A stretch of DNA of 31,382 nucleotides from Octopus sinensis (GCF_006345805.1 NW_021832308.1:1-31382); one strand, 5' to 3'. Positions 12,432 to 22,609 are shown, counted from the first letter of the stretch. Numbers and translations are program-made. Notes: generated from the sequence alone by a model not told the origin.

Positions 12432-12707
12432 TGTTTTAGGAGATTATGTTAATTCTCAGGCATTAATGCTAATTTAAACTGAAAACTTGAAATTTTAAAA
12501 ATCTACTCGAAAAAATCAAGTTTTTAATATTACTTAATATTAGAATTTTTTACAGAAAATAAAGGAAATAAAAAAACTATCTAAAAAAACTCCAAGAAAA
12601 TAACAATGTCTATTTCGTTATGACGTATTACAAATTTCAGAAATTAAAAAATTGAGAATTCAAGTTCATTATGGTAATTGCCCGGATTAATGACTTTCCC
12701 CGTAACA
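12432..12707 (+). mobile_element. Short (about 280 bp) internally deleted, non-autonomous derivative of a KRBA2-like TGT...ACA transposon
   Basis: Contains RYDVLQISEIKKL and EFKFIMV (KRBA2/SCAND3-type transposase pieces) fused to a terminal ...ATTGCCCGGATTAATGACTTTCCCCGTAACA. 12443-12475 matches the inner TIR seen at 28581-28612 in inverted orientation. No TSD found. Confidence 0.6.
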
Positions 12708-13452
12708 TATACACCAACAAATACGTTATTCTACTAATGTCAGTCAGTCATGTACAAACACGATGGGTATTATCACTCGTCCAGAGATCCTCCATTTCAA
12801 AGATGATAAACAGTAAAAGAAAATGATTTTAGATTTGAGTAAACCAGTTTACAAATACTGAAATTGGAATATATTTGAGAAAAAGACCAAAGTAACAAGA
12901 AAATTAAGCTTTGGTAGCCTCAAAAAGGGCAGCTTCCTCAGCAATCAAGGTCTCTCTCTCCTGACTGCTAAAAAAAACGAACATGAATATTATTCTGATG
13001 AGAATATTCAGACAAGTTCACATCCGTACAAAGCGTGACTGAGGTTGATCTCACAAAGAGAGAGGATCAACTTATCACATAAAATGGGTTCCCGAAACCG
13101 AATAAAATGACTTGATAAATGTGATTGAATACTCTTTTGATATTCTTCGGACTTCTTCGATCAAAACATTCGCATCCACAGTTGTTGCCACAGTGTCACT
13201 GTGTTATGCTTTATTAATGTAACTCGTGTAGTTTGTATATTTTCTCGGGATGATACGTCGAGAAGAGAATGAACTGCTCTCTACTCTGATTTATTCTAGG
13301 CAGTTTATTCCTATGCAGGGGGATGACTTCTGATTGCCTTCATGGAGTATTCTATTTAATGTAGCCCCCTTCTGGTGAGAATGTTGTCGTGTATATATTG
13401 TGACTAAATTATCCTTATTAGATCTATATTAACATATTATTAATCATTTTAT

Positions 13453-15203
13453 TCAAGTTAACAAGTAATTATGCCGAATGTCAATATCGCCGAGAGTAAT
13501 GTCGATCAGAGTGCAATCTGAATGAATCACCGGAATGTCTGATGGACTAATAATTGATATATCAGGTGTTGAATATTCAAACATATTGTCGTGATGAATC
13601 ACCTCGGTTATTCCCCCAGTCTGTCCACCCTCGTTTGACTGACCCCACATGCGGGTGCCTCTTCTCGTAGTGGACTTCTCGTCGACTTACATATATTCTC
13701 TTGGCTAATTCTGCTCGTTCTCTCTCTAACTTTTCTCTCTCTCGTTTCAATGCCTCCCGTTCTCTTTCAAGTCGCCTTTCTTCTTCTCTCAGGTAACCAT
13801 GGTGACCTCCCCTTTCTTTGATGTGCCGACGGTTGTCATGACGATTGGGAGTATGTTGTTTTTGGCGGGAATATCGACGAGGAGGGGACTTTCTGGAATA
13901 CTGATAATCAGGGAAACGCCGAATTTTGGACTCATCATTTGGGCGGGAATTTTTTTCTTGTTTTTTGGCGGGAAGTTTGAATCTGTTTTTCCCAAAAAGT
14001 GAGTCATCTGAGTCACTCCAATTCAAATTCGGTCGTTGTGGTACTGCTATTTGATAGATGGGGTTATTCGAGGATTCAAACGTTTTTTGGCGGGAGAAGG
14101 AGACCGTTTTTGGGGGGTTTTTTGAGAATTCAACATTTTGAGGATGTGGAGACTTGGCTAAATTATTCCCGCTCTTTTTAACCTGGTCAAATTTGAGGAC
14201 TGATCCTTCAATTTGTGACTCATCTCCACTTTCCAGACACTTTTTTGCAGACGCGGGAAATGAAAACTCGACAAAGCCGAATTTGGTGGACTCCTTCTCC
14301 GAATTTCGCGCCAAAATGAGTGCCCTCACCACCTGGATTGACTTATTTAACCAACCTGTCCATATTTTGTGAAATATGTCCTCAGATAATCTGCACAGAC
14401 TGTGTTTGGAAAGTTATATACTAACACACTTGACTGACTAAGTAATTCCAGATCTAATATAATATATTTTAATTTAATTTAAACTAAATATTTATTCATA
14501 TAATATTATTTAAATAAATTATTTTAATATATAAATTAAATAGAGCGAAAATTTAACTATTTGTTATATGTTCTTGTGGTACCAATATTCGTTTTGTAAT
14601 ACATATAATTAATTAGTGTTTTAATAGTACTAATTAATTTACTAAATGTATATTTATACTATTAATTAACAAATAATGACTAATTAATATATAATAAACC
14701 TGTTTTATCATCCATTGTACTTTCATCCCTCAAGACAATCATATCCGGGCTTGTGGAGACAGATTCTTTGGGGAAATTACCTCCACAGTTCTTCTTCTTG
14801 GCCTCATTGATGGACTTTCTCAAATCATTTTCATTTAAAGTATAAGAAACACTAAAAAATAACTTTTAGCACACAATAAACGTCTCTTCTGAGTTGGAAT
14901 TGCCGTCTTGTTGCTTCTGGGCAATTTTTACCAGCAAATTTTGCCGAAGAATGTTCTCGTGGGCCAATTTATTTTCATTTTCGTAGAGTAATCGAGTCGT
15001 GTCTGTCTCTGCTGACCTGTGGGGGTTTCTCTCTGCTTGATATGTTGAGACAGTGGGAGTTACCTGTGGATATTTCAGAGTCTGATCCATTGTCGTGGAA
15101 GATGTAGTCATCTGTGTATTCTGGGTCAAAGTCGGGGTACTGGGGGGTTCCTTCTATGGTTAGGTTTGTAAAGAAAACCGTCTTTTTTGGGGTATTTATT
15201 CAT
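13453..15203 (-). CDS. SAFB/SLTM-like RNA-binding protein (acidic N-terminus, single RRM, R/E-rich coiled coil)
   Basis: ATG at 15203. Introns at 15178-15154 (25 nt), 15063-15036 (28), 14881-14852 (30), 14699-14454 (246, AT-rich) and 14355-14333 (23) give a continuous frame. The RRM VLVYNF...FTKYGQ|VVRAL...KFGFVEFS...AKKCL resembles the SAFB RRM; downstream is EERRLEREREALKREREKLERERAE. The stop is at 13577 unspliced, or at 13453 with a 28-nt intron 13648-13621. Confidence 0.75.
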
Positions 15204-15575
15204 TTTATGCTGTTTTTAGGTCTAAAATGTTGATAAAATGGTTATTTTTGTATTATAATTGGTAATGTTAGGATAATGGTAAACACACCACAACAAACGG
15301 TATTAAATAAAGTGAGTCATTATATTAATATTTATATTTAAATAATAAATTATAATAATAAGATATATTTATTAAAGAGATGATTTATTTATTAATTTTA
15401 ATGCTAATAACATTTAATTATTAATTTTCTTTTGCCACCTGAATTTATTTAAAAACGTCATTTTTAATATTTTATTATTTTTATTCTGTATTTTTATTTT
15501 AAAATTTAAATGTATAAATATAATTAATATTGGCAAACCTAGACTAATAAATATTGATAATTAATTTATTCATAA
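15204..15575. promoter_or_regulatory. Putative bidirectional promoter (very AT-rich spacer between divergent start codons)
   Basis: 372 bp between the SAFB-like ATG (minus) and the Arp3 ATG (plus); the core 15300-15570 is almost only A/T. Inferred from gene layout; no specific motif identified. Confidence 0.5.
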
Positions 15576-16988
15576 ATGGACACTCTTCCTTGTATTATCG
15601 ATGTCGGGACAGGGTACATTCTACAAATAATCTAGACGGACAAAAATGGGATTCGCCGGCCATGAGATCCCCCAGTACACAATCCCCTCATACGTGGGAG
15701 TAAAAGAGAGCACAGGAAAGGGCAAAGTGGGCGTAGTCCCCAAAGTGCTGCAAGACCTCGACTACGCAATAGGAGACGACATATATGCACATGCAAGCCT
15801 AACACAAAAAGTAGTTATAAACCATCACGTAGTCCCCGATGAAACACGGAATAATCCACGACTACACACTCTATGAGAAACTAATGAGTTCGTCGATATA
15901 TTCCTTCCTTGGAGTAGACCCCACCAACCATCTATTCTTTTTGGTGATTAAGTCATCATTAAATAGACCGAACCACCCTTAAATACTCCTGAGAACAGAG
16001 AATTCTTAGCAGAATTAATGTTTGAGAATTTTGGTGTGCGTGGAATGTATATTGGAACTCAGGCTGTGATGGCCTTGATGGCTTCCTGGGTCAATCGGGA
16101 CTCAAAAGATAGGCCAACTACAGGAATTGTGGTCGATTCTGGGCATGGATTGACTCATATAATTCCAATTGTACAAAAATAGGAATATTTTAGGCTGATT
16201 GTTACGCGATTGGGACTGCTATGAAATATGTCCCGATTGCGGGGACGGAAATGACAGCCTTCACTCAACAACTAATCCGCGACAGAGAAAATGGAATCCC
16301 CCCAGAATCAGTTTACGACGTAGCCAAAATAATCAAAGTAAATAAAACTGATAAATGACAGGAACAACACTGCTATGTCTGCAAAAATATTGTCAATGAA
16401 TTTGACAAATTTGAATCCACGCCTGAAAAAATACTCAAAATATTCAAAGGGGCTCATCCCGTCACCAACAAGCCATTCGAATTCAACATGGCCTATGAAC
16501 GGTTCATGGCCCCTGAACTCCTCTTCCAACCTGATCTCTTCAATTCTGAGTTCAACACGTCTTTGGACAAACTCATCTTCTCCTCAGTCATGGACTGCCC
16601 TATCGATGTCCGTAGAGGACTTTTTAAGGTTTTTTCCCGCGCTTATTGATTTTTTTAGAATATAGTTTTTAGTGGGGGGTCGACGTGTTATCCTAATCTT
16701 CACCGACGAGTTGAACAGGACTTGAAAAAACATGTGGGAGCGCGGGAACAAGGGGTTGTTTATATTTGTTGATTTTTTAGGGGAAATTGATGGAGGTTGT
16801 GGTCAATGCTCATTCCAAACAAATGTTTGCTGTGTTTTTTGGGTGTTCGATGATGGCCTCGACGGTTTTTTGGGTGTTTTTTTGAGGTTTAGCCTGAATT
16901 TAAGAAGGTGGTGCACACTCGTGCTGATTATTTGGAACATGGGCCTGCCATTTGTCGACATAATCAACTTTTTGGTGTGTTAGGCTGA
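15576..16988 (+). CDS. ARP3: Actin-related protein 3 (Arp2/3 complex), 404 aa, 9 exons
   Basis: GT-AG introns at 15614-15635, 15811-15832, 15944-15966, 16171-16193, 16338-16361, 16629-16658, 16755-16780 and 16865-16892 (22, 22, 23, 23, 24, 30, 26, 28 nt; total 198). The spliced CDS is 1215 nt with no internal stop. Motifs: [39 protein letters not shown], and the Arp3-specific C-terminus [13 protein letters not shown]. Confidence 0.97.
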
Positions 16989-17255
16989 TTGTTGTGGGAT
17001 ATTTCATAATAGACAGAAATATTAAATAATTTTTTTGACTAATAAAGAATATATTGGAATTGGTTTTCTTTTTAAAAATTGGTTTCTATTTTAACTAAAT
17101 AATGTACAAATTAAGAATATGGATTATGACAATCCAGATATACCCCACAAGGACATATTTGTAAAATATTTTATACTAAAATTAAAAAACAAATTAATTT
17201 GATGTTAATAAGATTAAAAGATATAACGAAATTGGTTAATAAAAGTTAATTTAAT

Positions 17256-17441
17256 TTACTTCATATATGCATATCTACCATTATTAAAGGGATCGTTAGA
17301 GTTTTGGTGGTGATTCTTTTGGAAATAACTGTGGAGAGGCGGCAATACGATTTTCTCGACATACCGTTTGTTATTGGCAGTTTGTGTAACTTGATAGACA
17401 GTCCCATTCTTGTCTCGCACATTTGTTACTTTATAGTTCAT
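17256..17441 (-). CDS. Possible small gene or terminal exon, unknown product (61 aa)
   Basis: ATG-started ORF ending at the AT-rich spacer that also ends Arp3 (convergent layout). No recognisable motif. Confidence 0.25.
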   Translation of the reverse strand: MNYKVTNVRDKNGTVYQVTQTANNKRYVEKIVLPPLHSYFQKNHHQNSNDPFNNGRYAYMK

Positions 17442-18199
17442 TAGAAATTGTCAAATGAACTACGATTTATTATATAGACAAAAATTTGGATTATATTTGT
17501 GGTTAGGTTGATATTGGTTATTTTTAGATATATTTTTGTTTTAATTTATGAAACATGTTCTTTAAATTTGAAATTAGAGCTTATCCACGTTCTCAATAAA
17601 CTTCCATCTTTCCAAAATGCTTTTCCTTGTAAGCTAAAATTGATATTTACTCTCCAGAGGTTTTTTAGGAACAACCCGAAAAGACGCTGTTGATTTGAAT
17701 GACTAGATCTATGAAACAATAACCATGTTTATTTGACTTTTATAAGATTCAGATCTTTCATAAAAAGTGTCAAAATACAATCCCACGTTGATCATTTATT
17801 ATTTTAGAAGGTTGCTGTTAATGGTGTTATCGACAGGAGCTACAATTCATTATATCCTTTTTTTTATTTAATTTACTCTCCGATATCAAAATTTTTTTCA
17901 AATTTCCAAAATGAAAACTTGATCTTTGAATGTATCTCAAATGATTGTAGTGTGCTTTGCCGTTCCGGAAATCGTATATTGAAAAAGAAAAAACAAAATT
18001 TCATTAAAATGACCAGATTGCTATCAAAAAATTGTTGGTCTATTTGGCGACATATACAAATCCAAGTGGCTCACAAACTGTTTGCAAAGCACGGGTCATA
18101 CGGAGACTAAAGGCTTATATGTACAGATTAAAGGAATAAATCAAAAACTTTCAAAATATAAAATAGACAGATAAAAGAAATTAATTATCACAAAAATGA

Positions 18200-19790
18200 T
18201 GAAATTTTAGATAAGTTAATCATTAAAAGAAACTAAAACACAAAATATATCTTCCGAATTTAAAAATGTTTTGATTTTGACCTACTCAGTCCAATCAGAG
18301 GCCTAAGAGTTTATTCGAATAAGAGTTGATACAAAAATCACAACTGATACTGTCAAAACTAACAAACAGGATATTTTAAACAGACGAGGAATACGATAAC
18401 GCTTCCGAATCTTGAATTAGGAAAATGATCAAAGACAATGACAAAATTTTCCTTTTCTTGATCGCTCTAAAAGAAGATAGACATGCATATCAGCTTGAGA
18501 AAAGTGAACTAGCCATCTCCATTTCTAGCCAAAAGTGATGGTCGAGTGTCCAAGTCAATTTCAAATTACAGAAAATTAAAAAGCTCCTGTCTGCTATAAG
18601 TGAACAACACGTTTTGGATAATAATCACGGAATAGAAAATATCCGAACACTTGAAAAAGATAAACACAAAATCTTTCAGCGCCACTAGCCAACATGGTAT
18701 TACTTGTTCTCTCCATCATCCGATTCGTTTACTTCTCTCTACTTTTGGGTTGTCGATCAAATTTGGCTATCCCATGTCCAAACCGGGTAACGTAGTTTTT
18801 CAGGTGCTATATCTTCTCTGCTCCCACTAATGTTTTTTCTGTTGGTTTGTATTTATATTGACATGAATAGTGACATACAAGTCATATTTCCTTTTAATCA
18901 CCTGTCCAAAACTAAATAAAGCTTTCGTTTGTGAATCCAAGACTGAACGAAATTTTGGTTTTTGGACAGATTTTATCAGGATCGAACTCCTTGACTGTCC
19001 AAGACTGTCAACTAGACCACTCCTTACCCAGAATAGCACATCCACGTTGATCACACAATCAATGACCAACTCCTTATTGGAATCTGTTTTTTATGTAAAT
19101 GAGAAGTGTCGATATCGGAAAAATGGGGAGATTATGTGAGCAAGAAAACTCGGCATAGTGGACTTGTCATAACATTGACTCTAATAAGTCATTATCTCTC
19201 TCCGTAGTTTAATCAAAGTGTTCATTAGAAGTTTGATTCTGTAATAGATGAGGCGTACTCCATAGATATAAACATAACGGGAATCAGTTTCCAATAAAAG
19301 TGGTTGGAAAGTAGTAGAAATAGACGGGTATTAAATGAAACTGATAACTTGTGCAGCAGAGAAAAAGTACCTTTTACAGCATCGCATATTTGAACATTGA
19401 TATAAAATACTTTGACTTGTTCATTGAGAACAGGGACGCCACAAACGACCAAATAACTACCCAGAGAGCCCTAGAAATTGCTACCCAAATAAAATATTGT
19501 GGAAGGGACAACCTTCCGTAAGCCAATCCTCTGTAGGAATGTCCCTCAAATAGTACCCAACTGGACTAACCCAATAACTATCAGTCAACAGTCTCATGCT
19601 AACCAGTTCGAGGTACACAGAGACTTCAAAGGAAAGTTCGAGAAGATTCGAGAAGGTTCGAAAGGACTTAAAGTCGGAGGGTGGGTGGGCATAGAAGAAC
19701 TGCGACGGAGATGTGCATTCTGAGTTTATTACGGCTGTTAAAGACAATTTGGATTCTTATTTTGGGTAATGTAATGATTACTATCATTTC
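18200..19790 (-). other. Possible unidentified intron-split gene or pseudogene divergent from KSR
   Basis: GC-richer than the spacers, with several 70-90 codon minus-strand open frames and multiple 23-34 nt GT-AG candidates. I could not assemble a unique or recognisable protein. Confidence 0.25.
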
Positions 19791-19890
19791 TTTTTATAAT
19801 AAAGATAATAATTAAAAATATATTATGAAAAATTGATATATAAGTAAAATAATAAAATAATCCGGTTTGAGGTTTAGGGTTGATGTGGGT

Positions 19891-22481
19891 ATGAATGATT
19901 CAAAAAAGATATACAAAAAATGTCATATTATATCCAAATTAATCGCCGCCAAATACGAGTATATGAGACTACTGGAAGCGGAGACTGATGAATCATTTCA
20001 AATAGTAGAAGAGTTGAAAGTATATCTATTAAACGATTAAGCATTCAATTCTCCACTTTATGGCACTTCAAATATTTCTGAGACAGTCCGTTGACTGTGG
20101 AGGCCTTGAGGACTTTCCTGACTCACGATGCTTTTTTTATGCTATTGGAATATGCAAAAAATCTTATCAGGTTTTTTTATTAATTAATTAAATATTTATA
20201 TTATTTATTAATAATTTATTTAAGATGTCTACCCAAAAAATAATAGACTATTTTGTTTAGAAGGTATGATGTGGCACTTTTGTATATTTTGAAGGTAATA
20301 CCACATTCCTCGGTCTATGACCTAACCACCATGAATAATGAAGACCTAAAAAGGACATTATCCTCAATCTCCCTCAACCAGAATGAAATAAACATAATAT
20401 ATAACAACATTAAAAAACTAGCAGGATTAGTCGGTATAATCAGTTCAACAAAAATAAAGATTTACTTCAAAAAACACCCAATTTTGATTGGATGCTCTCC
20501 TCTTCAATACAGCAGAAGACTGTAGGGGAGATTCTACGTGGAGGACAGCCTCAACACGTAGACAGGGGTATCGATGTGTATATTTCTGCCCATGTAGTAA
20601 TCGACTCAGCCATCTCGCCGGAAAAACACAAAAAAGAGAACATTTTTAAGTCGAATTTATTAAAGTTGTGATTAAATAATACAAAATAGATTTAAAAATC
20701 ATTTTAAGGCACTGAGTGTCTCATCCGATGCTAAGAGTTCACAAACTAGCCTTCAAAGTACGTCTGTAATGAGTGTACCACTAGCAGAGGTATTTTAAAA
20801 TATTTATTAAAATATTATTTTATGTTTATTAATATTTTAATTATTAGGATGATACATTAAAATATAGAAATGAACTATTAACTGGTATAATTTATATTAT
20901 GATAATTCAAGTCAAAAGGGCAGCGGATCTCTTTGAAGATCTAAAGAGGGAAGCCGGTCCTCATTCGTAGGGTTTTATAACTAAGAAATAGATTTGTACA
21001 AAAGTCAATAATGTTTATGTGCGATGTATGTAAAGGATATATTCTCAGAGGAGTTATTTGTGAGTTTTGCAAGTATAAATAATAATAATAAATATTATAA
21101 AATATTTATAATATTATTTTTAGATTTAAATGTCATGAAAAATGTTCACAAATACAGAAAATTTGCATTCCAAAACACGAATTTAAAAAATTTGTAGAAA
21201 ATTTAAAAAAAGAAGCCAATCACAACCAAAATGTCGTTTCTATTGCTAATGAATTAAAAAAATCTCTTTACCGACAAATTCCGTTAGTCATTTCTCCCTC
21301 TGACTACTCCCCGGTGACCCCAATCAGTAAATCTTTATCCAAAAGTTTATTCCATAACTTTAATTCCTGGTTCCACGTCTCCAATGATTCAAAAAACATC
21401 AAAGGAAATTGCCGGTCCCTTTGATGTATGTTCAAAGTGATTGAATATTAGTTCAACGATGAAATCAAGCAGTGGGAGATAAACCACGACGAGTTGGAGT
21501 TTATTTCGATTATAAAAAACGGACCTCGTTCGACCATGTTTAGGTTATTGGAGAGGGTGTGAGGATAGGGGTCGCTGGCATGGGGATATGGCCATTAAAG
21601 TATTCGAGGCTGATCATTTCGGAAGGAATCGTTTAGATTTTTTGAGAGAAGTATTTTTGTTTTTTTAGTTTTTGGTGTCGGTTTTGATGAAGACGAGACA
21701 CGATGGGTTGGTTCAGTTTATGGGGATTTCGATGAACGGTCCTCAACTTATGATTGTATCACGGTTTATGTTTTTTATTTTTATTGGCAGTTTTTGTCGA
21801 GGGAAAAAGTTGGATTCATATTTAAAGTGTCAGAGGAGTGGTCCTTCTTATCAAAGGGTACTGTCCTTGGGTGTTCAAATAGCTCAGGTGGTGGTTGTGG
21901 GGTACTTTTATTTCATAGGCATTGGGGTACCTGCATAGTCGGGATATTACTCACTGTGATCTCAGATCTGTCAATATATTTGTCGATAGTGGGAAAATAA
22001 CTATTATTAATTTTGGGATATATAAACTGGAAAGGTTTATTCTTTCTAGAACATTCTAGAACGTTCTAGAACATTTGGAATTTTAAGATTCAGTCGTGGT
22101 TGGTTGTCCTCCTTGGCGCCTGAAATCATTCGGAAGGTCTCAGGTTTTTCTACTGACTTTGAATTTACCAAGTTTTCAGATGTTTTTGCCTTTGGGTATT
22201 TTTTTAGTTAATTTGAAGTGCATTATTATTTGAAATGTTTGGGTTGGAAAAGCCATTTGAGAATGATTGTGCAGAACAGGTCATTTTAAAGGTAGGGAAT
22301 GGGGTATTCCCGTCAATTGGATCATTGTCTATTCCGAGAGAGACTATGGTGGATGTCGGGTTATATTGGATAGGACTTGGTCTCTCATTGTATGCGATTT
22401 GACCCACTGAAACGACCTTCGTTTGAAATGCTGATTGACCGATTGAACACAATCTCAAGCCGACACAAAAAAGCACTTTAA
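19891..22481 (+). CDS. KSR: Kinase suppressor of Ras (KSR) scaffold pseudokinase: CC-SAM, C1 zinc finger and TKL kinase domain; about 17 introns
   Basis: N-terminal LEDFPDSRCFFYAIG...VYDLTTMNNEDLKRTL (CC-SAM-like); C1 domain HSFVQK...CDVC...CEFCK|FKCHEKC...C; kinase motifs RGRWHGDMAIK, KTRHDGLVQFMG, YLHSRDITHCDLRSVNIF, GWLSSLAPEIIR and SDVFAFG. Introns: 20020-41, 20171-294, 20434-59, 20665-89, 20790-847, 20885-911, 20967-91, 21073-123, one of 21327-45 or 21377-404, 21426-51, 21544-68, 21651-68 (or -74), 21764-90, 21888-918, 22035-69, 22196-218, 22349-73. Stop TAA at 22479-81. Confidence 0.92.
22044..22073. repeat. 10-bp tandem triplication (TTCTAGAACA/TTCTAGAACG/TTCTAGAACA) across a KSR 3' splice site; perfect heat-shock-element geometry
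   Basis: TTC-TA-GAA-CA-TTC-TA-GAA-CG-TTC-TA-GAA gives six alternating nGAAn units and includes CTAGAACATTCTAG. Function is unproven. Confidence 0.85.
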
Positions 22482-22609
22482 TAGAATTTTGTTTTAAATG
22501 ACCTAATTAAAGACGATTATATTTATTATTATATTTGTGGGGTTTCATGATATAGATTGAATAATTATTGTAGAGGAAATAACAGCTAAAATCAAATATA
22601 GTTTATATG

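Noticed and set aside
12663-12710. TIR initially assigned to the adjacent MULE
   Set aside because: It is fused to KRBA2-type coding sequence here and at 22610, and has TGT...ACA termini.
19864-19890. Telomere-like GGTTTGAGGTTTAGGGTT upstream of KSR
   Set aside because: Only one TTAGGG unit, not an array; probably 5' UTR.
20225-20260. ATG at 20225 as the KSR start
   Set aside because: Upstream exons from 19891 encode the CC-SAM region in frame. 20225-20254 is intronic or at most a mini-exon.
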